This document shows, piece after piece, positions 13,919 to 26,600 of a DNA stretch of 64,000 nt (the stretch's first letter is position 1; every line of letters starts with the position of its first letter). The notes beneath the pieces are model-generated. The model had not been told where the DNA came from and searched no databases. It worked only from the letters and a program-made list of their open reading frames with translations. Where the stretch lies: positions 32,424 through 96,423 of the forward strand of contig NMRA01000859.1 in assembly GCA_002633005.1 (NCBI GenBank), read 5' to 3'. The position numbers and the translations under genes are program-made. This DNA is from Phoronis australis (taxonomy: Eukaryota; Animalia; Phoronida).

Positions 13919-15606
13919 ACTATATCGCTGAACTTTTTTCCGCAACAATGTATCATATTCATTACGCCACATCTAAATGTCAATTGCAGTGTTTGATTTT
14001 ATTGTATTTCTGTTTCTGTTGACGAAAGATGTTATCATATCCGAAAATTTCAGTTGATCCATTCTTGTTGTTTTATTTACCTATACATATTCTACTATTT
14101 GGTGAAACAATAGTATCCTTGAAAAGGATCTGGATCGCCTTATTTAGTTTCAGATTTATTTTCTACGTTCTGTTTGAAGAAATCTCTGTGGTCCTAAATT
14201 TAATGTTTTAGCTATACAAGCCACAAACTAACCACTTACCCCCGAGTGACTCCACGCATGCGGCGTTGTTCACCAGTATATCAATCCTTCCATCGTTAGC
14301 ATCGGCCACAGCTTTCACAGCCTCTTAACATGTCTTTCTATCTGTCACGTCCACCTTATAATAAGATACCCTTCCACCTGTAGCGTTGGTCTCCTTCACG
14401 ACAGCGTTGCCACATTCCTCGTTTCTGGCAAAGATGGCGACGATGGCGCCATCGGAGCTGAAACCAAAGGCCTCTTTAAGCACCATTCTTCGCTGTGATG
14501 TTATTTAAAGACAACAAAGAAAATGATTTCCAATGAAAGTTTATTAAGAAGACATGTAATAAGCTTCAATAGAATTGAAATGTCAACACTCAGTTTTGTT
14601 AATTTATAAAAAGTTATTACACGACTACGGATACTGGCTTCTGCTATCTGATTTGCAAAATGTGGTACGTCAACTTCCTTTTAGGAAGATGTTGATGGGC
14701 AAACCGTCGAATATCACGTTTCATTCCTGCCGCCGAGATGCGTCACTATATGTGTTCTGATTATTCTGATGTCTCAAACATAAACCCTGACAGAGAGCGT
14801 ACATCAAACCGAACTAAACCTTTTAAGAGCAAATTGCTCTACCTCAGTTCACAAGACCTGATATCACCCTAGGTTTTGGCTTCATAGTAAGTTGTATAAT
14901 CGGTGCCGTGGATGAAACAGTTCCTGGGCACTTACTTCCAGCTTTTCTTTTTCGAAAGAACCATATGACAGAACTCTGTTAGGATTTTGCTTGTGCACAA
15001 CAAATATAATAAGAAAAGCCTCAAATCTCGAGATGTTCATGTAATGGCTTACTTTCGGGGTACGAACGGACGGTCAAATGTTTCCACAATGCCCTGTGCA
15101 AAAACCTCTCCAAAATAGTGTCATTTTTGACAAATTCTATCTAAACGGGTGCCTTTTCTGATTTTCTGGAAAAGAACTCTGCAAAAATGTGAATTTTTTC
15201 ACAAAATAAGTTTCTGAATGGGTCACTTTTTGACTGAGCTCACTCTCTAAATGGTTTGGTATCCATTTTATCTCTGTGTTCAAATCACTAATACGTGGGA
15301 GTTGCACAGAAGATTTGCGCGCCGCACGAGCCGTGGAATGTCAGCGTTGAGCATGTGATTCAGTCTGGAGCCACATTGGCAGTTCAAAAACAACATTTTA
15401 GCTCATGCTGTCTGGGCTAAGGGTCAACGTAACTAGAGCGTTAACACGTAGCACTTCCGAAAGCACTATTCAAAACCCTGAGTACACAGTCAGTAAAAGT
15501 ACGACAGGCTTCCGTTTACAGAATATGCTCCATGTTTTTTTTCAGCAATTTTTGCTTGTAACTGGCGTTCTTTTTAGTGATAAACCACTCTGAAAAAGCA
15601 TATGCC

Positions 15607-15768
15607 GGTGGCGGATTGAGACGGGGCCAAGGGGGCCATACCCCAATCCCTAACTCTCTCAGATTGCATTTGGCCTTTCAGGGGTGCGACTGTATGACAG
15701 CCAAAATCCTGGCTAATAGGCCTACTCTGCCCTGGCCCCCCTAACTAAAAATCCTGGATCCGCCCCTA
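15607..15768 (+). mobile_element. Short GC-tipped repeat (ggcggatt...aaaatcctggatccgcc), MITE-like
   Basis: Inserted relative to the paralogous copy and flanked by tatgcc. Related copies at ~6140-6370, 44812-44970 and 54488-54638. Confidence 0.65.
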
Positions 15769-18221
15769 TATGCCTACAAATCTGGCACAGTGAAAGCACC
15801 GACACTGAGAATCTCATTGAGGCATTTCTCTCAGCTACTAAAGCTATCAGGCCATGTAAGACAATGTCTATAATGGGATGCATATAGTTTTATGTTACTA
15901 ACGAGTTATCTGCGCGCCTAACGCACTTCGCTTTCATTAGCTAGTAAGATGGACAAAGATACTATATCCCAAGTAGGTAACTATAAAATCTTTGATATGG
16001 ATACCTGAATCTTTCCACGATGGCTCGGCCAATGCCGTAGTTACCACCCGTAACTATGGCTACCTTCCCTTGTAGACGACCCTTCGTAAACTCTTCATCC
16101 AACTTAGGTTGGTGGAAAGTGTCGGCATACTCCTTGGATGAATAGGGATGCGATGTCATCGTGATCCTTGGTTCTCGATAGTCGGACAGTTTACCCGGCT
16201 TCGTATCGTGTTACAAAGGCTGCGCTTTTCTATAGATATGACGATCGGGGTCGTCTCCAGGTCAAAACCAGAACGAACTCAATTCATGTTCCGTCTAATG
16301 TCATTATTCGGTGCAGATAAAGCGGTGGCGCGATTTGCCCAACAAGTTTTCCAAATAAGCCAATTTTTGCTGTTTGCTCGGCTCGATTGTCAAAAAACTC
16401 TGACATGTCCAGTCGGTCGAATAGTCGAGTTTTTATATCCACCCGACAAATCGGCACATGAAACCATCTTTACACCTGAAAGTGAAAGTATTCTCAAGGT
16501 CACCACTGTTACCATATCCCTACAAGCAAAGCACTAAAATCTTAAGACAATAGCATTGTGTTTACCATAACTTTACATGAAGTACAAATGATGTGGCTAA
16601 TTATATTTGAGAACAATAGAACATGGGTTTGGAAACAGCAAAAGGTAATACGAATGCATGGGCGGCGCACCACAGGGGGCTGAAGGGGCTATGGCCCCCA
16701 ATTTTTTCAGCGCTGCGCCGCTCACGGAATCTTATGAGAAGATGGAGAAACCTTTTTGTGCCAAATTATTTCACACTTTCATTTTAATTTTGTATTTGCA
16801 CAGTAGAACAGTTTGTACCATAACAACAGAAACAATGCACCAATTAACTTGTGTTGTTCAGGAGATCTCTTAGGAAACTTTATTGTTACATTTTGCATGC
16901 AACTACAGTCTAACACTTAAGACTCCATTTCACAAAGCAGTCACACGAACTCATTGTTTATGTTTTAACATAGCAAGAATCTCCAGTGAAAATAAATACC
17001 TTCTTCACATCTAGAGACAATGGATACCCGTGGTCACTCACTCAGTTGCTAAACTTTCAAGTTGTTACACGAACATTACAATGACTAAAGCTGCTTCTAC
17101 AGACACTATGTCTAGCGTGAATAAACATATACAACTTGCATCATTATACAGAAATAGCCTACTACTCATTGTTGAATACTCATACACTGGCACACAAGCA
17201 CTCCTACACGAGCACACGCACACGCAACCACACACACAAAAGTAGTTATAAGAGGCAGTTTGCATCCCAGTGATGTCCCAAAAAGTGAGCCGATTTTTTT
17301 TTCAAAATCCTGGATCCGCCTCTGAATTTTGATAGCTGCTGATAACAGTTTAATCTAACTGTGATTCAAAGGAACTTTCAAAAAGTCCAGCAATAGGAGA
17401 AAGAAGGAATCTGTCAAACCATAGATTACCATATAGACTGCAGATTCGCAACTCTACATTTTCTCAAAGGAGGCACCCTTCTCCTCAATAATTACAGTGT
17501 AAACCAAAGTCTTTGATATTATATGGGCGAATCACACAGTAGTGCAAAGTAGACATTCATACGCCAAACACTTTATCGTCTGCAATACACCAAAACAACC
17601 AAACGCGCGCTAACCAAACAATACTGAGAAGGCTGACAATGGTTATGGATGAGGTAAAGGGTGTCACAATTTTACGTACTCCCAGTAGGAAGAACATGCA
17701 AACAACTTTTTAAACGGACCCATTTTCGGCGGCGAATTCCATATCAACGTTCATTCAGCTATAGATTATAGACACTATAGTCTATGTTCAAACGGAGACC
17801 ATCTCCAACTCAAGAAACGCGGCGAGACTGTCTAGCTGTGCTGTCTCACGGTCAATTCAGTGCTCACGGGCGGGGAAGCCTTGCTGGCTTATTTATAAAC
17901 ATGTTTTAAGTTTTAATATTACAACTTCAAAGACTGTTTATTAGATTCTAACTTGAAGGCGAAGGCAACCTTTTTCCATGTCATTTTGAGCTAAAATAAG
18001 GTTGGTTGGTTATCCTAGACATATTTTCCACTTAATTACAGCTTTTCGTAATTTTATTAATTACTCGTCCGCTACTGCGGAAGTGACGTTTTAGGAGGCA
18101 AGCATTTCGCGCCAATTTCTTTTCATATAGACTGACTGTGAGAGCTGCCGAGTCAGTCATTGTTTTACCTCGGTTGTGTTAAGTTCCGTCGTCGTTTGCT
18201 TTCATTTATAAGTCAGTCAAC

Positions 18222-19293
18222 ATGCCACACTGTTGCTGCGTACCGGAATGTACAAATTATCGGCTCACGCGCGCTTTGGGAGTACCTTTGCATCGCTTTC
18301 CGATGGATGACACACTTCGCCGTACTTGGCTCGTTCGTGTGAAGAACGCAGCGTTACCCGTCCACGCAACGTACAAAGCAGTGGAGAATTACCGTGTGTG
18401 TGGCAAGCACTTTCTGCCCTCCGGTTACGAAAGGGATTTGTACGCTGAACTGATGAAGGTCCCTGCGAAACAACGCCTGAAGAAGGATGCCATTCCGTCT
18501 GTGTTGATTCCCGGCAGTGCCCCGTCGCCACCCCCGAGAAGTGCGTTTTTGAAGCGAGAAGCCTCGCGAGCTGTGGCCAGTACAGTGACTGGAGCCAGTG
18601 GAGGCACTTCATCTACTGTCACCCGTGCCTCCGAACGTACCCCAGAGCGTGCAATTCCTGGAACCAGTAGTGATTCGCCCTGTGCTGTTTTCTCCAGCCC
18701 AGAGCCTCTAAGCAGCCCTGCAGCGATATTGAGTAGTGGGAGTGATTACAGGCCCAGTTCGACACCCAGTGAAGAGGACAGTTCGTCGTCCAGTGAACAG
18801 ATCGGTGAGCCAAACTTTGATAAGTTTATTGTGGACTTGTCTAAAGTGTTGGAGCTATTTAGAAGGTGCCAGGTGTGTGGCGAGGGAGTCACACGACACA
18901 ATGTAAGCAGTTTGGGTGCTCAGGTCACCATCCAGTGGGAGTGTGTCACGGGACACTCTGGCAAGTGGGACAGTTGTTCCTCTGTCCGTGGTATGCCGGA
19001 GGTCCACTTAACCATGTCCAGTGGTGTGCTCTTCACTGGAAACACGTTTCAGTCGGTGAAGACAATGATGGACTTTGGAAAAGTCAAGTTTTTTTTCGAA
19101 AACAACATTCAACAACATTCAGAATTCCTATTTAATACCAGTTGTCAATGACGCATACATGTCACAACATCTCGAGTTGGTGGCGGAATTCATGGAGAAG
19201 GAGAACTTGTCTGACTCACCAGGGCGGTCCGCCAAGTATACCACATACACTCTAATGGAGGAAGAGACCAAAAAGATAATTGATGTGGAACTC
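18222..19293 (+). pseudogene. THAP-domain Kolobok transposase, frameshifted and truncated
   Basis: MPHCCCVPEC..LHRFP..W..RVCGKHF..LKKDAIPSV (THAP), CQVC..CVTGH zinc motif, and DSPGRSAKYTTYTLME (start of the DDE region). Frameshift at the poly-T near 19090. Confidence 0.85.
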
Positions 19294-19563
19294 GGAACAG
19301 CACAAGCATTCAATTGAGGTAGGCATAACAACGCACACAGTGCATTTGCACCAAGATGTGTCACCACGTCTGTCTTCAGTAGCCGCCTCGTTTCTCTCAA
19401 CAGCTGCCTGTGCCTGTGTGTACTCTGCCTCGTTGTACTCGGGCTCAAACATGTACCCACCCACTGAATGTCCGTGAAAAAATTCCTCGTCACCACTGCT
19501 GTGAACAAGGTCTCCGTCACTCACACTACTGTCACTGTGATACGGGTCACCGACTCCAGCCAT
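19290..19563 (-). pseudogene. KolX-like (P2X7 intracellular-domain-like) second ORF of Kolobok, truncated
   Basis: YMFEPEY...SWCKCTVCVVMPTSIECLCCSE, the WCxCxxCxxMPxxxExxCC signature. Tail-to-tail with the transposase inside the TIRs. Confidence 0.75.
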
Positions 19564-20138
19564 TTTCAGCTTACAACACACTAAACAATCCCTAAATCCA
19601 ACGCAGTTGAGTTCTCTACTAACCTATCTTGCCGCAGAATACTCGCCGATGGAAAGTGGTGGCGACAATTGGTGAAAAATAGCACAAAACAAAAGTAGAA
19701 TAGAACAGATTCGCACAGTAAGCTCAACGCAAAACCAAGTGGCGGGAAGCGCTTGCCTCCTAAAACGTCACTTCCGGAGTAATGGACGAGTAATTAATAA
19801 AATTGCGAAAAGCTGTAATTAAGTGGAAAATATGTCTAGGATAACCAACCCACCTTATTTTAGCTCAAAATGACATGGAAAAGGGTTGCCTTCGCCTTTA
19901 AGTAATTGCTACGAAAGCTGAATGAAATTTACAATTGTTAAGCTTAAGATAAATTTGTTAACAAAACGTATCTGAATTCGTACTTTTCATTGCATATGCG
20001 AATTTTTACAAAAGTTGCGCCATGTGGTTGAAAGTTTTAGACACGTCGAGTTTTTCGGCGAAACAGATCGTTTATACCATAGACATCTTAATATTATATT
20101 CTGATGTCTATGGTTTATACGGTTCATGTGAGAAAACA

Positions 20139-20238
20139 AATCCTGCACTCGTCTCAGATTTATGACATGGGCAAAATCTCTTGAAAAATTCCAAGAGGTT
20201 TTCCCATGTCATAAACCTGAGACTCGTGTTTACAGGAT
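20139..20238. repeat. Near-perfect hairpin (~37-bp stem, 8-nt loop)
   Basis: cactcgtctcagatttatgacatgggcaaaatctcttg / caagaggttttcccatgtcataaacctgagactcgtg. Confidence 0.8.
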
Positions 20239-23200
20239 ACTTTATTTATTTAACCCTAAGGATAAAATCCAGGGTAGTGTACCATTTATCTGTGAGCTGG
20301 ATGTGTCTCCAGTCAAACAGGCGAAACTATTGGGGATTTGAAAAACCGGACCACTGAGTGAACATCTAAATTCTGATAGAAGTTCGCATATTGATATTCA
20401 TCTGCAGAGGTCTAGTCATTGTTACGAGCAATGCTCTTTCAATGACTTTGCTATAACAGACCAAGCAGACAGGCTTAACACATCAGTTGGTGTAAGCCCA
20501 TTCTCAATAGGCAACTGACACACCATGGGAGACGCACCATATGGGGCTGGCGGGGTTATAGCCCCAGGTTTTTCAATGCTGCGCCGACCACGGTCTATGG
20601 GCGGTGCACCACAGGGGGCTGGGAGGCTATAGCCCTCCTTTTCCAGTGCTCCGCCGCCCATGCACTCCGCAGGTTGTCATTGTTAGTCTAGTTTATTGTT
20701 ACTCCTCTGTAACTGACTTCGTCTTTCTATCATTACTTGTTGTTGAGCCTAGCAAGGTGGCGATCGTTTTTTGTGTCTGAAGATGGTGTTTTATAAACGC
20801 CGAAACATGTCAAGTGGAATTTAACCAATCGTTGTTTTTAACAACATATAGACTGCTACTTGCTATCATGGAAGAAATAAGTTGATGTACAAACTACTGT
20901 GGAAAGTCCTACGCTGCAACCTATGTAATGATGTATCCACACGGTATAGTTCAAATCTACACTAAGATGTATGCTCCTTGTTATCAATAAGAGCCCATTT
21001 AACTGTAAATTTAGGATAGATATTTGAAGTAATTAGTTCATCACTTTTTTGTAAAGAATTGTATCAACTGGCAACAAAATTCCAATAAATATATTATGGT
21101 GTAAAATTTTGAATGAATGAAGTTCTTTACACCAACTGTGGAGGGTACATACTCCAAACTTTTGTCGTGATTGGGTAAACATCTTTTGAATCATTGAACT
21201 TTTTGCCCTGCTGGTTTAATTAGTCATTTTTATTATCTGTCTGGTTCATTTCATTTTCATGTTACTATTACACTCCGTTATTGTTTGCATTTTGGTAATA
21301 TTTTTTGCCTGCCAGGTACGCGAAATGATGATAGTCTGTGAATTAAATTATGTATCGTCTGCTTCGGCTGTAATCATACACCAAAAAGAACTGACAAAGA
21401 GCTTTCTAATGCATTTTGGTCGTAAACGGTGGTGTTGCGAAAAGTGTTTGTGACAGTAAATTCTAAACAATGCAACCATCAAGTGCTTCGCATTTGTGGC
21501 ACAACCTATGGGCGAGATCGAAGTTATACGGTGGCTCAAAGGTGACATCTCGTCTTTTTTTAATTATCTCAGGATCTCCTGTCTTAACTATTTCATGACC
21601 TGGATATCCCGACTTAATTATCTCGGGATCTCGATATACCAACTTAATTATCCCGAGATTTCGGGATCTCGATTATATCAACACAATCTATTTTCAAATG
21701 CCCACCGGTCTCAACTAATAAATTGTGGTTTTCACGGCGAATGCTCGAGATAATTTGGATAAAAACACGTGGGAAACCAAATTGAATACTTGTGGTCAGG
21801 GGCGTCGAGAGGGGTGGACAGGGGGACCCACGACTCTGGGTTCCGTCGGTGAAGAAAAAAATAATGAAAACGACGCATCAAAAAAAGTTCCAGATGTTTG
21901 GCCCCCCGGTCAGCCCCAGTTGGACACGAATGATAACCTACGGAAACCCACGAGTGGCCCCTAGAATTTGACGGGAACAGTTTAAAAAATGCTCCGCCTG
22001 TTTGTGACTGTTGACAGCGGACAAAGCAAGAAACCACAAAGATCACGTAACCTTTTATATTGTACATCTGCGTATAATATGGGCTGCAGGCAAGTTGTAC
22101 AAGAAAATAAATGTGATAAAGCCGGTACACTAATATTTCAGCGGCAACCTTGCCGAAAAATAGGTGAATATCATCCGATCAAAACTGTAATATTAAAGCT
22201 GGCGGGGCCTAGTTATACTGTACAATACTCCCAGAACAATTTTACGCAGGTGAGCCTTTTCAATCGTAATCCTTAAAATCTCAAACTTTTGAGTCATGAC
22301 CAGATTGTGATGAGCCCTTTATCAAATAATCCAAATGGCAGTTGCACTCAGTGGAAAGTTTCAACATTTTATGTGACAATATACTGATATGCACATGCGA
22401 TCCTATCTGGTGTATGGTCTCAACGAAGAAAATTAAGTGCCAAAACCGAGATTTTTCAACTTAAACATGTGCATAGCAACAAAACACCATTGCAACACTA
22501 CGAACTTCCATCACTCAACAGTCCAGAGAACATGATCTGAGGAAAGGGCAGATTTATCACGCCGGCTACAACAGATTTACAGGAATGATTTTAAAGTTAC
22601 TCTATCTGCTTAGAGGAAATTCCAGCACTTAACCTACTAATTTGGACTGAAAAATAAAATACGGCTAGGACTCTTACTGTTACAAAATCGGTCTCACGTG
22701 ATACGCTTGTTTTCTGTTACCACGAATATTCCAATTTGGATGAAGAGATGAAGTTATTGAGGGCTTAGCTGTCGCAAAAAGAACTTCTAGAGGACATATG
22801 CTTGCTCAAATATCATTCGTTTTCAGTACTAAGCGTTTGGCATCTTCGGCGCTTAACTGTTGCCAGTCAAGACTAGTAGGGCTCACACGCCGGCTAACAA
22901 TTATTCAGACATTGATGATGTGATTGGTTTCACAGACCAACAAATATCAATGCCACGACACCTCATAGATTCATGCCGACCAAAAATGTGTGGTGAAACT
23001 CCCGGAGAAACTGTGCGAATCATTCTTTCTGCTGTCGATCCAGATGATGTGGCAATGCGACGCCCCAGAAAATTGCGGTAGGCAGTGATCCATGCTCGCA
23101 CCCAGGGGGGCTCGGGGGCTCGAAGGAGTCGACCCCCAATTTGGCGAAGTGTGCGAAAAGGTCCGCCCCGAGACAAAAAGACCGTGAAAATGAAACAAAA

Positions 23201-23658
23201 AAACCACTAAATAAACGCAAAGGCGCACTTCACAGTGGAGCTCCTGTTTTTTTTTTTTTGTTTTTTTGTTCGTTTTAGTTCGCCCGCTCTTTTGTTAGCA
23301 AAATGTCCACCGAACGTCAGGACTGCACTCTGAGCCCCCCATATATTGAAGGCTGCATTGGTGCGAGCCGCATCATGAGAGCTCGCTGGTTTCCTGCGTG
23401 CCGCAAGGTGGCAGCTGGCTAGGCACGTAGAGCCAGCGAGCACGCAGAGGAAAATTATCTCAAGATGCCTAGATAATTAAAAAAGAAACGCGCGATGTCA
23501 TTTTTGGCCGTCACCCGATCACCGTAAAGGTTGGCATTAGTTCCAATGTCAAAGTTGTGTTCTCTACTCCCCTAGCGGTCACAGACGGAACCAGCTAGGA
23601 GTTGTGTGCGCAGGCGAGCACTTCGACCATTTATTGGTTTAGAAAATTTAAAGGTAAA

Positions 23659-26600
23659 ATGGCGGTAAATGTGAAGTTTCTTGTTATGTTTACTTGTTCG
23701 CAAGCGATTTGCTGGGCTTTGCCGTCTGCCGATAGCGCAGAAAACACAGGTATTCAGTATTTAGACAAACTGATTTCTAAATTACTCGTCTCTAGTATGA
23801 TTTTTGCTTGTAAGTTATGATGCCTGCTCAACGATGTTCAGCACTGATACAACTTTACAACAGTGTTAAGTCTATGTTGGTGCACAGGCGTCCTCAGCTT
23901 CTTTCTGATCGTCCCCAATACACTATTGGGGACGATCAGAAAGAAGCTGAGGACGCCTGTGTGTTGGTGGAGGTAGAGATGGAGTTCAGTAGCCGTGGGC
24001 GGTGCAGCTCTGAACAAAGTGGGTGCGACTGTAGCCCCCCCCTTCCAGCCCCCCTGTGGCGCACTGCCCATAGACCATGGGCGGCACACTCATTGAAAAA
24101 AGTCGGGGGGGGGGGGGGGGGGGGTNNNNNNNNNNNNNNNNNNNNNNNNNNNNNNNNNNNNNNNNNNNNNNNNNNNNNNGGGGGGGGGGGGGGCTTGATA
24201 ACTCCCCAGCCCCCTGGCGCCCATGGTAACGCTAGGACTAAATTGGTCTTTGCACCAAAATCTAGCATAAAATAACACGTTCTCATTTAAATTACATATG
24301 GCAATATCTCTCCTGATCTTGTGAAATCTTAATTTATTGAGGTTCTGCGTTATTTTAATTGTTATATCACTTATACGTTAGGCAACACGTAACCTCTCGG
24401 TTGCTGTGGGGCTACATGTTTCCCATTACTTTCTATGTGAATTTCATTCTGTGTATTTTAAACGGGCAGGATATAGTATCCCCGAATAAGAGGTTTTCAA
24501 AAACACCTTTTATTTAAAATTGGTCACTTAAAAATGCGCTCAGCGACCCAACTTTCTGGTTATGCACATGTCATTGATGGAGCTTAAGATGACTCAGGTA
24601 AAGATATCGAATTCCAACTACATTCTTCTAGTTGCTGTTGTCTTTAATTTTCACCGAGTTCGATAACCACGGAGAATTTCAATTTATGTTTTGTTAGATT
24701 CACCCATGATGTCCCGAATGCAAAATTTCACAGCACAAAGGAATCTGCCTCAGTCTTCCCTGCGCACTGCCAGGCTGAATTAAAATTCATGTAGTTGACT
24801 ACCTTATCCCTGCTAGCCTCCACTAAATGGACACAAACACTGAGTACTTTATGCTGGCATATATCAGTTCAGCGCCTCATGAGCAGTCATTCAGAATAGT
24901 AAGTCTACCTCATGAGTTGTGAACCTTCGGAGTATAGTGACATGTACATTTCATCAGTTTCAGGTCAAGGTAACAGTACATGGAACCCTGCCTGGTCGTT
25001 GACATTTCCCGACAGACCACTGCAGTTAGTGAGACCAGATTATCAACACAAGATTCTGGTTCTAGATGAAGAGAACATTAAGGTTATGTGATGTGACACC
25101 AGTACACTCTTACAATTTACCCATGATGCCCCACTCGCATTATTTCCCTGAGAGCAGACGTCAGCCTTGTTGACTGGAAAACATTGATGTGATGATCTCG
25201 TTGAGGTTTTAATATATCGCTAATAATATGACCATGTGTTTAGGGAAAGAGCAGTGTTTACTACTAACAAAAATATTTGCGTCGTGTTTGGAATTTTTGT
25301 TGTGGAGAACACTGAATATCGGAAATTATTTTTTTATTTGTTTTTGTGTGTATCACCACATTTTTATCGAAATTAAAGCTTTCTGATAATTTTAGAAGTC
25401 TTACACTTTTCATTTGTAAAATACTAATTCTTTGCATGAAGGTTACAAACTATGGTTATGGTGTAAATGGATTGGTAGTACATTCTTGTCGCTCTCTGCT
25501 GGCTCACATCAAGTGTTCTGCCTTCTGGGACATTTTGCTTTAACAGTGTGTGAAATAGCCATACATAACCTTAACTTAAAAAGATACCAAACCTGGTTTT
25601 GGCCAATTAACTCCCTAATTAAAATGACTTTCCCGTCCGATTTTCTGAAACAATATAATTAATGCTCTGTAACCCTCAAAAACCCTGAAAAGTTTGAAGG
25701 GAAGTTTGAAAACCGCTCTCATAGTCTACTAAACGGGCAAGCGTGGCCTACACTTTTAGCGAATTACGCGACCACTGTGGGGAAAGACCACCCACCAAGA
25801 ACCATAATATTCAATCTGTGACATGGGGAATACGAGTTGTTAGTTAATTTCTGCCTTTATCTTTCAAGATTGACACCAACGATGCGTTTGCAGGTGACAA
25901 AACGTCTATTAGATGAAATCAAAGTTTAGTAGTCTTTTGAAGCTGACCAATTTCTGGAAGAAGACGTGAAATTCACAAGTTTCAGTTTTATTGAAATTGT
26001 AAAATCAATGCAGGATCTGTCAGAAGGCATACTCAGAACTCTTGTTGAAACATCACACAATTTTGTTATCTTGACAGCGTTGTACAGCGTATGTATATCT
26101 TGGTATATTTCTTACCCTCGTTGATTGGTGTGAGGTGCACACATTTTGTGGCAGAACTTGACGCCTGTAAACTTGCCGGCTGAATGTGTTTTGAGTATAG
26201 TATCAACGTCTTTCTGTACTTGATTAACTAACACATTTACTGCATGACTTGTTATTTGTTCACTGCAGCAATATATTTTCATGTACTCCAGATTCTTCAC
26301 CATATGAGGGGTGCCGTGGCAACTGTTGCTGTGGTGGGCAAGTTCCACAGTGGCAAATCTTTCCTGCTAAATCAGCTGATGGGTAAGGTGAATGGGTTTG
26401 GCATTGGTCCCTATGTGAAGCCACAGACCATGGGCATTTGGATGTGGGGCAAGGTAGGCTGGTCACTTCTCCCCCACTTTTTCTGAGTATTGATTAAATA
26501 GGATCAGATGACAAAATGATAAAAACAATTGATTAAACCGGCTTGACATGTTTTGCCACGTGAGTAGAATAATGTTAATCTTTCCGTTATATATCATTGT

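Larger units (their letters stand above)
7504..16159 (-). pseudogene. Classical short-chain dehydrogenase/reductase (SDR), 5 exons, in-frame TAA in exon 2 (pseudogene, null allele or base error)
   Basis: Exons (-): 16159-16005, 14457-14240, 10072-9968, 8288-8104, 7713-7504. All introns are GT-AG and phase-compatible. Motifs: GKVAIVTGGNYGIG (TGxxxGxG), IDILVNNAA, SIVNITS, YNTSK (YxxxK), VRVNCVSPG, ILVDLG. The stop TAA at 14327-14325 reads ...DRKTC*EAVKAV... Confidence 0.9.
17957..19897 (+). mobile_element. Kolobok-superfamily DNA transposon, internally deleted
   Basis: ~150-bp TIRs (17957-18103 and 19751-19897) beginning AGGCGAAGGCAACC. Flanks are TTGA (17953-56) and TTAA (19898-901). Contains a THAP-transposase ORF and a convergent Cys-rich ORF. 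Confidence 0.85.

Noticed and set aside
23817-24286. ORFs spanning poly-G/N
   Set aside because: They cross an assembly gap inside a repeat in GBP intron 1.
24698-24783. Possible extra GBP exon after ttgttag
   Set aside because: No phase-compatible GT donor before the stop; exon 1 joins 24964 in frame.
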